A stretch of DNA of 61,309 nucleotides, filler included, from Ferroacidibacillus organovorans (lineage in GTDB: Bacteria > Bacillota > Bacilli > Alicyclobacillales > SLC66), in NCBI RefSeq assembly GCF_001642725.1. It is 3 parts of 3 records of this genome, joined end to end, with 100 filler letters (N's around TTAATTAATTAA, not from the genome) between each part and the next. Parts side by side here need not be neighbours in the genome. Positions count along the whole stretch, not along the records: positions 1 to 20,723 come from NZ_LSUQ01000044.1; 2 more parts are not named here. One strand, written 5' to 3'. Every line of letters starts with the position of its first letter. Positions within the stretch are counted from its first letter, which is position 1. Of the stretch, positions 10,107-19,804 are shown piece after piece. The translations under genes and the position numbers were made by a program. The notes beneath the pieces were generated by a model. The model saw only the letters and a list, made by a program, of their open reading frames with translations, had not been told where the DNA came from and searched no databases.

Positions 10107-11063
10107 TTGGCGCAACCGTATGATCTGCCGCTGGAGGAGCTGGAGATGTATCAGCCAAAGCTCACGCGCGAGGTGGACTTTGACGCGTTTTGGGCGTCTA
10201 CGTTGGGCCTTATCAAGGATGCGAATTTGCAGGTTTCCATGCGCGAGATGGACTACCCGGTGGATGGCGTGCGCGTGTATGAACTCTCGTACTGCGGGTA
10301 TATGGGCGCGACGATCCGCGGTTTTTACGCGGTTCCTGATCGGGTCGGTCCGCATCCCGGCCTTGTCGTTTTTCACGGCTACAACTGGTCGTTTGACGGC
10401 GGCATCCACACTGTCGTGAATTGGGCGCTCCACGGTTACGCGACGTTTGGCATGCTGACGCGCGGACAACACAGCAGCCAGGACAATTCGATCAGTTCGC
10501 ACGGCCATCAGCTCGGCTGGATGACGAAGGGAATTCTAGATCCGCAGGAGTATCATTATCGCGGCGTGTACATGGATGCGGTGTTGGCGCTTGAAGTGCT
10601 CGCGCAACAACCGAACATCGATGCGCGGCGCATCGGAGTGACTGGCGGAAGCCAAGGGGGCGGACTCTCGCTCGCGGCTGCAGCGTTGTCTGAACGCGCG
10701 GCGGTGGTTGTCGCGGATTATCCCTATCTCTGTCATTTTCGTCGCGCCATGGATGTCTCACCGACGGGGCCATACCTTGAAATCAACGAGTTTTTTCGGA
10801 GAAATACGGCGCCACAGACTGAAGAGACGGCGATGAAGACACTCTCTTATTTCGATGTCATGAACCTCGCACCGAGGATCACGTGTCCTGTGCTCATCTC
10901 CGTCGGCTTGATCGATGAAATCACACCACCCTCCACGATTTTTGCGGCATACAATCATCTGACGTGCGCGAAGCAGATTCGCGTGTATCGCTATTTTGGA
11001 CACGAAGAGATGCCAGGGTTTCAGACGGAGAAGTTAGCTTATTTAAAAGCGTATCTAAAATAA
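10107..11063 (+). CDS. Acetylxylan esterase / cephalosporin-C deacetylase (CE7)
   Basis: DLPLEEL, DFDAFW, RGQ, GGSQGG, DEITPPST and GHE motifs; TTG start after GAGGTG. Confidence 0.92.
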   Translation: MAQPYDLPLEELEMYQPKLTREVDFDAFWASTLGLIKDANLQVSMREMDYPVDGVRVYELSYCGYMGATIRGFYAVPDRVGPHPGLVVFHGYNWSFDGGIHTVVNWALHGYATFGMLTRGQHSSQDNSISSHGHQLGWMTKGILDPQEYHYRGVYMDAVLALEVLAQQPNIDARRIGVTGGSQGGGLSLAAAALSERAAVVVADYPYLCHFRRAMDVSPTGPYLEINEFFRRNTAPQTEETAMKTLSYFDVMNLAPRITCPVLISVGLIDEITPPSTIFAAYNHLTCAKQIRVYRYFGHEEMPGFQTEKLAYLKAYLK

Positions 11064-11091
11064 GGCGCGATCGCTCAAGGAGGCGTTTGGG

Positions 11092-11988
11092 TTGCGCGTT
11101 GGGATCATCGGTCTTGGCGACATTGCAAAGAAAGCGTACCTCCCCATCTTGGGAACGCGCGCGGGAATTGAACTGAAAATCGCCACGCGAAACGTTGCCG
11201 TGCTTCATGACATCGGGGAGCGATACCGCATTCCGGCACGCTACTCGACGGTCGATGCGCTGCTTGAGGCGGGGATTGACGTTGCGTTTGTGCACGTCGC
11301 GACAGAGGCGCACATGCCTGTCGTAAAGGCGCTGCTTCAGGCGGGTGTTCACGTTTATCTCGATAAGCCGATTGCCAATACCTATGAAGAGGCTCGGTTG
11401 CTTGTACAGATGGCAGAACAACGTGGATGTGTGCTCAGGATTGGATTTAACCGCCGCTTTGCCCCGATGTACCGCCAAGTCAAGACGAATGAAACGCCGG
11501 ATCTGATCGTGATGCAAAAAAATCGCACGTCTCTAGCAGGAAGCCCCCGCTCTGTGATTTTCGACGATTTTATCCACGTGATAGATACGCTGCGATGGCT
11601 TGGAATGAGCACCTATGATACGCTTCATGTGCGGTGGAAGATGAAAGGAAATGAGCTTGCGCACATAGTCGCGCAGCTCAGCGCGAAAGAACATACGGCG
11701 ATTGGCATTATGAATCGCGAGAGTGGATTGAGTGAAGAGACGCTGGAAGTGATGCGTTCTGGAGAAAAATGGATCGTCCGCGATCTCGCAGAGCTTTCGC
11801 ATTGGCGTGGTGCCGCGACGGTGACAAAGCGTAGTGACTGGCAAAATGCGTACGAAGCGCGCGGTTTTAATGCGATTGTTGAGGATTTCTTTGCAGCGGT
11901 TTCGCGCGGGAGAGATGATTTGACGCGAGACATGCTCGATACGCACCGCGTTTGTGAAGAGATCATCCGCATGATCGAAGAAAAGTGA
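11092..11988 (+). CDS. Gfo/Idh/MocA oxidoreductase (YceM/MviM-like)
   Basis: IGLGDIA, YLDKP, GFNRRFAP and DDFIHVID motifs. Confidence 0.88.
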   Translation: MRVGIIGLGDIAKKAYLPILGTRAGIELKIATRNVAVLHDIGERYRIPARYSTVDALLEAGIDVAFVHVATEAHMPVVKALLQAGVHVYLDKPIANTYEEARLLVQMAEQRGCVLRIGFNRRFAPMYRQVKTNETPDLIVMQKNRTSLAGSPRSVIFDDFIHVIDTLRWLGMSTYDTLHVRWKMKGNELAHIVAQLSAKEHTAIGIMNRESGLSEETLEVMRSGEKWIVRDLAELSHWRGAATVTKRSDWQNAYEARGFNAIVEDFFAAVSRGRDDLTRDMLDTHRVCEEIIRMIEEK

Positions 11989-12010
11989 AGGTGTGACGTG
12001 GAGGGATTGT

Positions 12011-12571
12011 GTGACGGTTGTCGCTGTTGTCATTTTTGTGCTTTCGCTTGGAATGGACACATTGCTGATGTCGATGTCCATTGGTGTGACAGCCTACTCA
12101 AAACGCAGTCGGTGGCGAATCGGACTGACGTTTGCCGCAGCTGAGGCGATCATGCCGCTCATTGGATTGATGTTTGGGAGAACGCTTGGAACGCTCGTCG
12201 GGCAGTGGGCGACATTGCTCGGTGGGGTCGCACTTCTCGCAATCGCCGTATGGCTCATCTTTTTTGAAAACGACGACGAAGATGGAAAACGGGCGCGCCA
12301 ATGGACGGGGTGGGGGCTTCTCTTGACTGCGCTCAGCGTCAGTGTCGACGAATGGGCGGTGGGGCTCTCCATGGGATTCATGCAACTCCCGATGGGTCTC
12401 CTTGTGATCTCGGTTGCAATCCAGGCGTTCTTCTTCACATGGCTTGGCTTGACCTTTGGTGGCAGATTAAAAAAATATTTCGGAGAATGGTCAGAAAAAG
12501 CGGCGGGTGGTATGCTCGGTTTGCTAGGGTTGTGGGTTCTTATTTCGGCGCTCCGCCATATCACCTCGTGA
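12011..12571 (+). CDS. mntP: MntP-family manganese efflux protein
   Basis: SLGMD, AEAIMPLIG and ALSVSVDEWAVG motifs; about 6 TM helices. Confidence 0.8.
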   Translation: MTVVAVVIFVLSLGMDTLLMSMSIGVTAYSKRSRWRIGLTFAAAEAIMPLIGLMFGRTLGTLVGQWATLLGGVALLAIAVWLIFFENDDEDGKRARQWTGWGLLLTALSVSVDEWAVGLSMGFMQLPMGLLVISVAIQAFFFTWLGLTFGGRLKKYFGEWSEKAAGGMLGLLGLWVLISALRHITS

Positions 12572-12633
12572 CGAATGTGTTGAGCGATATCGTCGCCGTA
12601 ATTCGTCGATGCTTCCTATCGTTCCAAACCATC

Positions 12634-13566
12634 TCAACCCAGTTTGTTTATCTTGCTCGCGTTTACGAGGATACGATTTCCTTGGTTGTACCAGGTGACG
12701 CGCAATTCCGGATAGCGCGCGGCGAGATAGAGAGCCTGTTCTGAACTGCTTTCCACAAAATGCGTATAGCCCAGTTCGAGTGCCTTTTTGCCTTTCCAGT
12801 TCGCTCTGAATTCTGGGTTTTCTGCTACGTCGCCTTCTTCGCGAAGAACGACAGGGATGTCGATGCGAAATTTACGCAACCATTTTTCTGTACGCTCCCG
12901 ATCGATTTCAGGTCTGGACGTAATGATCACGTCTCCCGGTGAAACCATGGGGGCATAGGATCCAAGGGGCATTTCATCGCGTCGCGCAAGCATTCCTGCA
13001 AGATCATCGTTATCCCGCTCGTCATGCTTAAGATCATCCAGAAATACCCCATCCAAATCCCAAGCCGTGTGTTCATATTCGTGATCAGGCAAGTCATCGG
13101 TTCTGCTTTCCCCATTGATGCGATAGCGATTCCACGGGAACAGCACTTGGAGGTCGTCGTTCTTCCAGTCGATACAAATGTATTCCGGGTTGACGAGCGC
13201 CCCCGGCACTTTACAGACGACAAGTGTGGATACGGCATAGCCAGCATTGCGCAAGAAATTTCGGCAATTCAGTAGCGTCGTCCCTTTACCGGCTGAATCC
13301 TCACAGAGCAACACCTTTGCTTGCGCGTTGGGTGCTGAACCTATCCACTCCACCGAACTGTCGGCGCGATGGTATGCGATGAAGTAGACAGGGAGTCCTG
13401 TGAGAAATGACATGTGCATGCCTGCGAATGTTCCGCCACGCAATACAATGACAATGGCGTTAAAGTTTTCAGAGCGAACGCGCTCGGCCAAGGCGTCTAA
13501 TCCCAAGGTTATCGCATTATAGTCAAGATAGGCGTTGCCGAGCCATTCTGTGATATGTGTTGGCAT
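12634..13566 (-). CDS. Type I phosphoribosyltransferase fused to a C-terminal HAD-like domain
   Basis: VLRGG and VLLCEDSAGKGTT PRPP loop, then WDLDG / ITSR / K / FVES HAD motifs; AAGGAG RBS before ATG 13566. Confidence 0.75.
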   Translation of the reverse strand: MPTHITEWLGNAYLDYNAITLGLDALAERVRSENFNAIVIVLRGGTFAGMHMSFLTGLPVYFIAYHRADSSVEWIGSAPNAQAKVLLCEDSAGKGTTLLNCRNFLRNAGYAVSTLVVCKVPGALVNPEYICIDWKNDDLQVLFPWNRYRINGESRTDDLPDHEYEHTAWDLDGVFLDDLKHDERDNDDLAGMLARRDEMPLGSYAPMVSPGDVIITSRPEIDRERTEKWLRKFRIDIPVVLREEGDVAENPEFRANWKGKKALELGYTHFVESSSEQALYLAARYPELRVTWYNQGNRILVNASKINKLG

Positions 13567-13833
13567 AAATTGTACTCCTTGATTCAAAATTATTTTATAA
13601 ACGTGCAAATTAGGAACCGTATGACGGCGTATACCGTGCCATGATTTTGAGATAGACTACTCTCTATGTACCAGTTTTCTTGGCGGTTTACAAGTTGCGT
13701 TTACGTTTACGCATGGTATCCTTTATTCATATTCACTTGTGACATCGGGGGAGATTCTAGGCGTTTTCGCCGGAATATTCGTTATTATTGTTGACCCCAT
13801 TCTCCTTTAGAGGAGTGAGTTGAGATTCCCGAA

Positions 13834-14562
13834 ATGCCTAAAGCAATCCTTCTTGATCTTGATGATACGATTCTCTCCTATGAAAGTGTGGCCGACGTGA
13901 GTTGGCGCGTGGTATGTAACGAAGTAGCAAAAGAGATAGCGCCTGTAACGAAAGAGGACTTGGTTAGCGCATTAAAAGCGAATGCAACGTGGTTTTGGAG
14001 TGACCCTTTGCGTCATAAAGTGGGGCGAATGGATCTTCTCGCCAGTCGCAAAACCATTGTCGACATGACGCTCACTGCTCTTGGTGTGAGTCATCCTTCT
14101 CTCGCTGAATGGATCGCAGTCCGCTTTGAAGAAGAGCGAACGCAAGCGATCGACCTTCTTCCTGGAGCTGTTGAGACTATCGAATTTTGGAGGAAGGCAG
14201 GCATAAAATTGGCGCTGCTCACGAATGGCGCTGGAATCTCGCAACGCGCTAAAATTGATCGATTTTCGCTCTCCTCCCATTTCGATCTCATCCTCATTGA
14301 GAGTGAATTTGGTGTAGGCAAGCCAGAAGAGAAAATCTATCAACATGCTCTAAATGTGCTGGACGTTTCTGCTGTCGATGCGTGGATGATCGGCGACAAC
14401 GCCGAGTGGGAGGTTGTGGCACCGCAACGGATGGGCATCAAAGGCATATGGGTTAATGGAAAAAACGCGTCATGGCCGGAGGCGTTTGCGATCAAACCGT
14501 ATCGAATCATTCGCAGTCTGAGTGATCTCTTGCAGTTTGAAACGATGATCGACGACACGTGA
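13834..14562 (+). CDS. HAD-superfamily hydrolase
   Basis: DLDDT, LTNG, GKPE and MIGDN motifs. Confidence 0.9.
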   Translation: MPKAILLDLDDTILSYESVADVSWRVVCNEVAKEIAPVTKEDLVSALKANATWFWSDPLRHKVGRMDLLASRKTIVDMTLTALGVSHPSLAEWIAVRFEEERTQAIDLLPGAVETIEFWRKAGIKLALLTNGAGISQRAKIDRFSLSSHFDLILIESEFGVGKPEEKIYQHALNVLDVSAVDAWMIGDNAEWEVVAPQRMGIKGIWVNGKNASWPEAFAIKPYRIIRSLSDLLQFETMIDDT

Positions 14563-14653
14563 GGACGTGTTTCACATGTCGATAACGTTAACCGGGAGAG
14601 GCAGCACATCGCGCGCTGTCCTTTATTTAATCATCGAAGGGTGAGGTGTAACG

Positions 14654-15688
14654 ATGGGGATTCGCGTAGGGATTATCGGCACGGGGTATGGCGCAAAAGT
14701 GCATGCGCCCGTTCTTTTGAAGCATCCGGATTATGAATTGGTGGCGCTTAGTGGCGTAAGGCCGGGAAGGGCGCGCGCGGAGGCAGAGCGACTATCCATC
14801 CCGCACGCCTTTGATGACTGGAAGGAGATGATCGAAGCATCCGCGTTAGAGATGGTGGTTATCGCGTCAGAGCCGATGGTACACGCCAATATGACGATCG
14901 CTGCGCTCGAGGCGGGTGTACACGTGTTGTGCGAGAAGCCGCCTGCTTTGAATCTCGATGAGGTAAAAGCGATGAAGAGGGTCGCGGATGTGCAGGATCG
15001 TCACTTGTTCATCAATTTTGAGTGGCGCTATTTACCGGAGCGCCAAATGATCAAACGTATCCTTGACGAGGGGAGCCTCGGTGACGTCATTCATGTCCAC
15101 TGGCGAGATGCGCGCGGCATGCTCGATCGCATTCGCGAGGCTGAGAACACATGGCTGTGGAAGGCGGAGCGCGGTGGAGGAATGCTCGGGGCCGTCGGAT
15201 CGCACATGATAGACGCGCTGCACCACTGGTTTGGCGAGATGGAGACAGTTCATGGGCAGTTGGTGCGCCAGATCAAAACGCGGCGCGGGGTACAAGGGCT
15301 TGAAGAGAGCACGGCGGATGACTCGTTTATGATTTTAGGAATGTTTCAAAAGGGCGGCACCTGCTCGGTGCAATTCATTTCGTCTGCGATCGGCGTCGAA
15401 CCTCAACTCGAGATTTTCGGTACGAAGGGAACACTCGTCTTGGAGGGGGATTCGCTGCGTGTCGCGACGACTCCGTCGGCAGAATTCAAGGATGTGGGTC
15501 TTTCGGAGCGCATGGATGAGAGCGGTTTCCCTGCAGCGATCCAAGCGTACATTCATCCGCAGTGGACACTTTATACGGAGATCGCACGCGCACTGGCTGG
15601 GGAGAAACCGGACTCGCTCCCGGATTTTGATGATGCGATACGCGTTCAATCGGTGCTGGATCAACTAAGGTATTTTAACAATACATGA
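14654..15688 (+). CDS. Gfo/Idh/MocA oxidoreductase
   Basis: IGTGYG, CEKP and GGGMLGAVGSHMID motifs. Confidence 0.9.
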   Translation: MGIRVGIIGTGYGAKVHAPVLLKHPDYELVALSGVRPGRARAEAERLSIPHAFDDWKEMIEASALEMVVIASEPMVHANMTIAALEAGVHVLCEKPPALNLDEVKAMKRVADVQDRHLFINFEWRYLPERQMIKRILDEGSLGDVIHVHWRDARGMLDRIREAENTWLWKAERGGGMLGAVGSHMIDALHHWFGEMETVHGQLVRQIKTRRGVQGLEESTADDSFMILGMFQKGGTCSVQFISSAIGVEPQLEIFGTKGTLVLEGDSLRVATTPSAEFKDVGLSERMDESGFPAAIQAYIHPQWTLYTEIARALAGEKPDSLPDFDDAIRVQSVLDQLRYFNNT

Positions 15689-15698
15689 TGCAGAAGGA

Positions 15699-16320
15699 GT
15701 GACAATCCTGGCCGAAGTGTTTGATACATTTGACAAAGACATGAATTGGACTGGCACCGCAACAAGAAAGGAAGTTCATCGTTTCGGATTCTGGCATCAA
15801 ACATTTCACTGTTGGATCTTGCATCGTGATTTAAATGATGATTTTTTGGTACTGCAGCGCCGACATCCGTCAAAGGATATTCATCCGAACAAACTGGACG
15901 TCAGTTGCGCTGGACATTTAGAAGCACATGAATGTCCTTTGGACGGAGTTCGAGAGCTTCGAGAAGAATTAGGCATTGGTATTGCCGATATTAATTTGCG
16001 GAAAATAGGTATTTATAGACATTCAGACAGAAGTAACGGCATTGCGGATAATGAATTCTGTCATATTTTTTTTGTTGGTGCATGAAAATATGACGTTGGC
16101 AAATTATCGGCCAGCATGGGGTGAATTGAGTGGACTGTATTTAGTACGGGTGGACGATATGAGAAATCTTTGTTATAGAGTGGCAACCGAAATCTTGGTT
16201 AAAGGATTCGAGATGGATGAAAACGGTCAACACTTGAAGAGTGTATTGTGGATCACTCTTGGTGATATGATCGAATATGACATATCGTATTTTGAAATGT
16301 TGTTTGCGAACCTTGAATAG
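15699..16320 (+). pseudogene. NUDIX hydrolase (IDI-like), frameshifted in a T8 run
   Basis: WHQTFHCW, SCAGH and RELREELGI Nudix box. Removing one T from 16066-16073 joins ORFs 15699-16085 and 16042-16320 (EFCHIFLLVHE). Confidence 0.8.
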
Positions 16321-16427
16321 AAAATCCTTGAATTTTTCCTTTAAAGATGTCAAATGAGATCATGGCGGTGAATGGCATTGGTAGCTTTGAATCCGGAAAA
16401 TCTTGAGCGTTATGAGGTGATCGACGG

Positions 16428-17006
16428 ATGAATTCAAAACCAATCATGTTAGATTTTAAAGATCAGTTTGAAACAGAACGATTAACGATTCGATCCCCTC
16501 TTTATGGAGATGGAGCGATGGTCAACGAGGCAATTCGTGAAAGCATAGAAGAACTTCGACCGTGGATGCCGTGGGCGAATCAAGTTCCTTCTGTCGAGCA
16601 GTCCGAAGAGAATGTGCGTATCGCTCGCGTTCGATTTTTGGAACGTTCAGACTTGAGATTTCATGTCTTTCATAAAGAGACAGGAGTTTTTATCGCGTCT
16701 AGTGGTCTTCATCGAATGGATTGGACGGTCCGAAAGTTTGAAATTGGATACTGGATTCGTACCTCTCAGGGTGGAAAAGGATTCATGACGGAGGCAGTAG
16801 AAGGAATTGCGAATTTTGCTATCGATCAACTGTCTGCCAATCGTTTGGAAATTCGCTGTGATTCAAAAAACGTTCGAAGTATTCGGATGGCGGAACGACT
16901 TGGATTCACGTTGGAAGGGATCTTGCGGAGTGAGACTTTCGCTGTAACAGGGGAATTTCTGCGAGATACCATGGTGTTTGCAAAGGTTCGCGGCCAGGAA
17001 TTTTGA
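16428..17006 (+). CDS. GNAT acetyltransferase (RimJ/RimL family)
   Basis: ETERL, FEIGYW, GKGFMTEA and AERLGF motifs. Confidence 0.9.
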   Translation: MNSKPIMLDFKDQFETERLTIRSPLYGDGAMVNEAIRESIEELRPWMPWANQVPSVEQSEENVRIARVRFLERSDLRFHVFHKETGVFIASSGLHRMDWTVRKFEIGYWIRTSQGGKGFMTEAVEGIANFAIDQLSANRLEIRCDSKNVRSIRMAERLGFTLEGILRSETFAVTGEFLRDTMVFAKVRGQEF

Positions 17007-17028
17007 ATATAGGGAGTGCGATTTGTGA

Positions 17029-17478
17029 ATGAGTCATATTTTGATAAGGCCAGCTTGCTCGGATGATAGGGATGCTTTAACAGATCTTATGGATGAGTAC
17101 ATCGTGGATTTTTATAAAAAGTCGAAACAACCCAGAGAAAGAATCCAAGACCTTATCACATTGTTGCTTGATCATCGTGATGGCATTCAATTTGTCGCAC
17201 AGCAAAACGAGGAACTTGTCGGATTTGCTACTCTTTATTATTCCTTCAGTACATTGCGAGCAGGAAAAATTTCTATAATGAACGATTTGTATGTGATTGA
17301 GGGTGCTCGGGGATCAGGCGTTGCCGCAAAATTGTTTGATGCGTGCCATCACTACTCTAAAGCGCATGGTTGTGCATTCATGTCGTGGACGACTGCCAGC
17401 GACAATATAAGGGCACAGCGTTTCTATGAGAAAATGGGGGGCACCACTGGAGACTGGCTGAATTATTCGATTGAATGA
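17029..17478 (+). CDS. GNAT acetyltransferase
   Basis: NDLYV..ARGSGVA and AQRFYEKMG motifs. Confidence 0.9.
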   Translation: MSHILIRPACSDDRDALTDLMDEYIVDFYKKSKQPRERIQDLITLLLDHRDGIQFVAQQNEELVGFATLYYSFSTLRAGKISIMNDLYVIEGARGSGVAAKLFDACHHYSKAHGCAFMSWTTASDNIRAQRFYEKMGGTTGDWLNYSIE

Positions 17479-17584
17479 TGCACGCTTTCGAGCATTGAAA
17501 GATCGGCGCATCGAGATTTGGGAGAGAGGAGCGTCTAGGTTTGGATGAATTGTGATTCGCTGAAAAGGAGTGTGGAGAAGCGAT

Positions 17585-18061
17585 ATGGATGCGCTAAAAC
17601 AAAGCGCTCAGCGCGTGCAGGATTTTTTGCGGGAGCATGGGTTTGCCAACGTTGTTGTCGAGTTGCCTGACAGCACGCGCACGGCGGCTGAAGCAGCGGC
17701 GGCCGTGGGGTGTTCGGTGGGTCAAATCGCAAAATCGATCCTGTTTCGCCGTGCGGACACGGACACGCCAGTCCTGGTCATCGCGAGCGGGACGAACCGC
17801 GTCAATGAAGAGCGAATCGCCGAGTGGCTTGGCGCGAAACTCTTGAAGGCAGACGCAGATTTTGTGCGCGCGCACACAGGGTATGTGATCGGCGGTGTGC
17901 CCCCGATTGCCCATGTGTCGTCCATGGCGATCGCGATCGATCAGGATCTGCTGCAATACGACGCCATTTGGGCGGCGGCGGGACATCCGAAAGCGGTGTT
18001 TCGATTGACGCCTGACGAATTGTTGGAGATGACGAAGGGGTGCGTGATGGGTGTCGCGTAG
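17585..18061 (+). CDS. YbaK/EbsC-family aminoacyl-tRNA deacylase
   Basis: TRTAAEAA, QIAKS, GGVPP and WAAAG motifs. Confidence 0.9.
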   Translation: MDALKQSAQRVQDFLREHGFANVVVELPDSTRTAAEAAAAVGCSVGQIAKSILFRRADTDTPVLVIASGTNRVNEERIAEWLGAKLLKADADFVRAHTGYVIGGVPPIAHVSSMAIAIDQDLLQYDAIWAAAGHPKAVFRLTPDELLEMTKGCVMGVA

Positions 18062-18070
18062 CGCGATGGG

Positions 18071-18808
18071 TCACTCGCCAAAGGGCGTGCCGCTTTGTAC
18101 CGTAGGGGTGTTTTGCGCGGTGCGCGATCGGTGAAGTTGGATCACAAATCCAAGCGTGGCTCCCGTGACGGCACCGAGTACGATGCCAAAGCTCCCTATG
18201 TGAAAAAGGGTTGCGAGAATCGCCAGCGCCGCCCCGCACAGGGCTGCACTAAAATGTGCGAACGTGCGTTTGCCGAGAAACACCAGTGCTAGAAACAGTG
18301 CGGGAAGCGCGAAGCTCAGTGCCGCAGAGAGTTGCGCGGGAACGATGCCGCCGATCCCCGCTCCCGCCACCGTTCCCAAGAGCCATGAAAGGTAGCAGGC
18401 ACCGGCAAACGGAAGCTGGTAGATGGGTACAGCTGGATTCTGCAGAATGCGGCTGCTTGCCACCGCAAACACTTCGTCGGTCATGCCAAACGCGAATGCC
18501 CACTTGCGCCTTTCTTTCCATGATGAAAAAGCGGGTCCAAGGGTCGTTCCGTATAGCACATGACGCAGGTTAACAAGCAGCGTTGTGAGGATCGTGGCGA
18601 CAAAGGATTCACCCGTCGCGATGAAACTGACCAGCATGAACTGCGCGCCGCCTGCATACACGAGTGCGGAGATCAAAAACACCTCGAGAAACGACAGGCC
18701 GCTTCCTGTCGCGATGACTCCGAAGGTGACGGCGATTGGGAAGTAGGCAAAAAGGATCGGCGACGCGTCTTTGAGCGCACGTTTCGCCACATTCAGATTC
18801 GTGTCCAT
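18071..18808 (-). CDS. azlC: AzlC-family branched-chain amino acid exporter
   Basis: YAGGAQF, VNLRH, TDEVFA and FALPALF motifs; AAGGAG RBS before ATG 18808. Confidence 0.9.
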   Translation of the reverse strand: MDTNLNVAKRALKDASPILFAYFPIAVTFGVIATGSGLSFLEVFLISALVYAGGAQFMLVSFIATGESFVATILTTLLVNLRHVLYGTTLGPAFSSWKERRKWAFAFGMTDEVFAVASSRILQNPAVPIYQLPFAGACYLSWLLGTVAGAGIGGIVPAQLSAALSFALPALFLALVFLGKRTFAHFSAALCGAALAILATLFHIGSFGIVLGAVTGATLGFVIQLHRSRTAQNTPTVQSGTPFGE

Positions 18809-18822
18809 GGGTTGTGTCTCCT

Positions 18823-19140
18823 TTACACGAAGTAGCGGATAACCGCAAAACAGACGACGCCTGTCGCGACGGTGAGGAGCAAATGGCGCGTGTACCACGC
18901 CACCACACACGTGGGGAGAGCGGCGAGCAGATCAGCGCTGTGGGAAAGCGAGATGACCCGGTTGTTTTGCATCAGGATCATCGGACCGAGCAGCGCGCCG
19001 AGCACGGCTGGCGTGACAAAAGAGAGCCATGTGCGTACGCCTTCTGGCCACGCGATGCGGCTGCCAAGGCTGAGCGAGCCGGAGCGAAAGAGGTATGTGC
19101 CGATGCCGATGAGCACCGTTTCGAGCAAGACGGGGGACAT
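18823..19140 (-). CDS. azlD: AzlD-family membrane protein
   Basis: GTYLFR and WLSFVTPAVLGAL motifs; adjacent to azlC. Confidence 0.85.
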   Translation of the reverse strand: MSPVLLETVLIGIGTYLFRSGSLSLGSRIAWPEGVRTWLSFVTPAVLGALLGPMILMQNNRVISLSHSADLLAALPTCVVAWYTRHLLLTVATGVVCFAVIRYFV

Positions 19141-19167
19141 GGGAATTCATCCTCTGGCGGCAATTTT

Positions 19168-19203
19168 ATATATTATAACATATATTTGAGTGTTATAATA
19201 TAT
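19168..19203. promoter_or_regulatory. 13-bp perfect inverted repeat forming two divergent extended -10 promoters (probable XRE operator)
   Basis: ATATATTATAACA-N10-TGTTATAATATAT, giving TGnTATAAT on both strands. Confidence 0.7.
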
Positions 19204-19219
19204 GCGTGAGGTGATGAGC

Positions 19220-19783
19220 TTGAATCCTGAACAGTTGACCGAGCAGATTGGCCACCGCTTGCGGATGCTGCGAAAAGAGCGCGGCTTTACGCTTGAGCAA
19301 TTGGCAGAGAAGACGGGCGTCAGCAAACCGATGCTGGGACAGATTGAGCGCGGAGAATCCAATCCGACGGTTGTAACACTTTGGAAGATTGCGAGTGGTC
19401 TGCACGTGCCTTTTTCTGCTTTCCTGGATGCGCCAGGCGGGCGCGCGACGGTTGTGCGTAAGCGTGAACAGGCGATTGTGACGGATGAGGATGGTCGCTA
19501 TATCGTTCAGAGCTTGTTGGCTGATCGTCGCGCTGTTTCGACAGATCTTTATCAGATCACGCTGTTGCCGGGTTGCGCGCATCACGCCGAGGCGCATGGC
19601 GCCCACGTGACGGAAGGCATCTGGGTTCAGTCGGGCTCTCTTACCCTTTTGCTCGGCGAAGAAACGCATGTCCTCCAGGAAGGAGACGCCCTGTCGTTTC
19701 AGGCTGAATGCGATCACACATACGCAAATGCTGGGAACGAAGCGTGTGTGTACATCGTGCTGTTAACCTATCTGCCATCGTGA
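19220..19783 (+). CDS. XRE-family HTH-cupin transcriptional regulator
   Basis: TLEQLAEKTGVSKPMLGQIERGESNPT plus cupin H..H..E. Start is probably TTG 19220 after GAGGTG (ORF open from 19202). Confidence 0.9.
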   Translation: MNPEQLTEQIGHRLRMLRKERGFTLEQLAEKTGVSKPMLGQIERGESNPTVVTLWKIASGLHVPFSAFLDAPGGRATVVRKREQAIVTDEDGRYIVQSLLADRRAVSTDLYQITLLPGCAHHAEAHGAHVTEGIWVQSGSLTLLLGEETHVLQEGDALSFQAECDHTYANAGNEACVYIVLLTYLPS

Positions 19784-19804
19784 GGTTTGGAAGGGGTGTG
19801 CCGC

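Noticed and set aside
13567..13700. Small hairpins in the PRTase-HAD leader as a possible purine/PRPP riboswitch
   Set aside because: No recognisable aptamer consensus or terminator.
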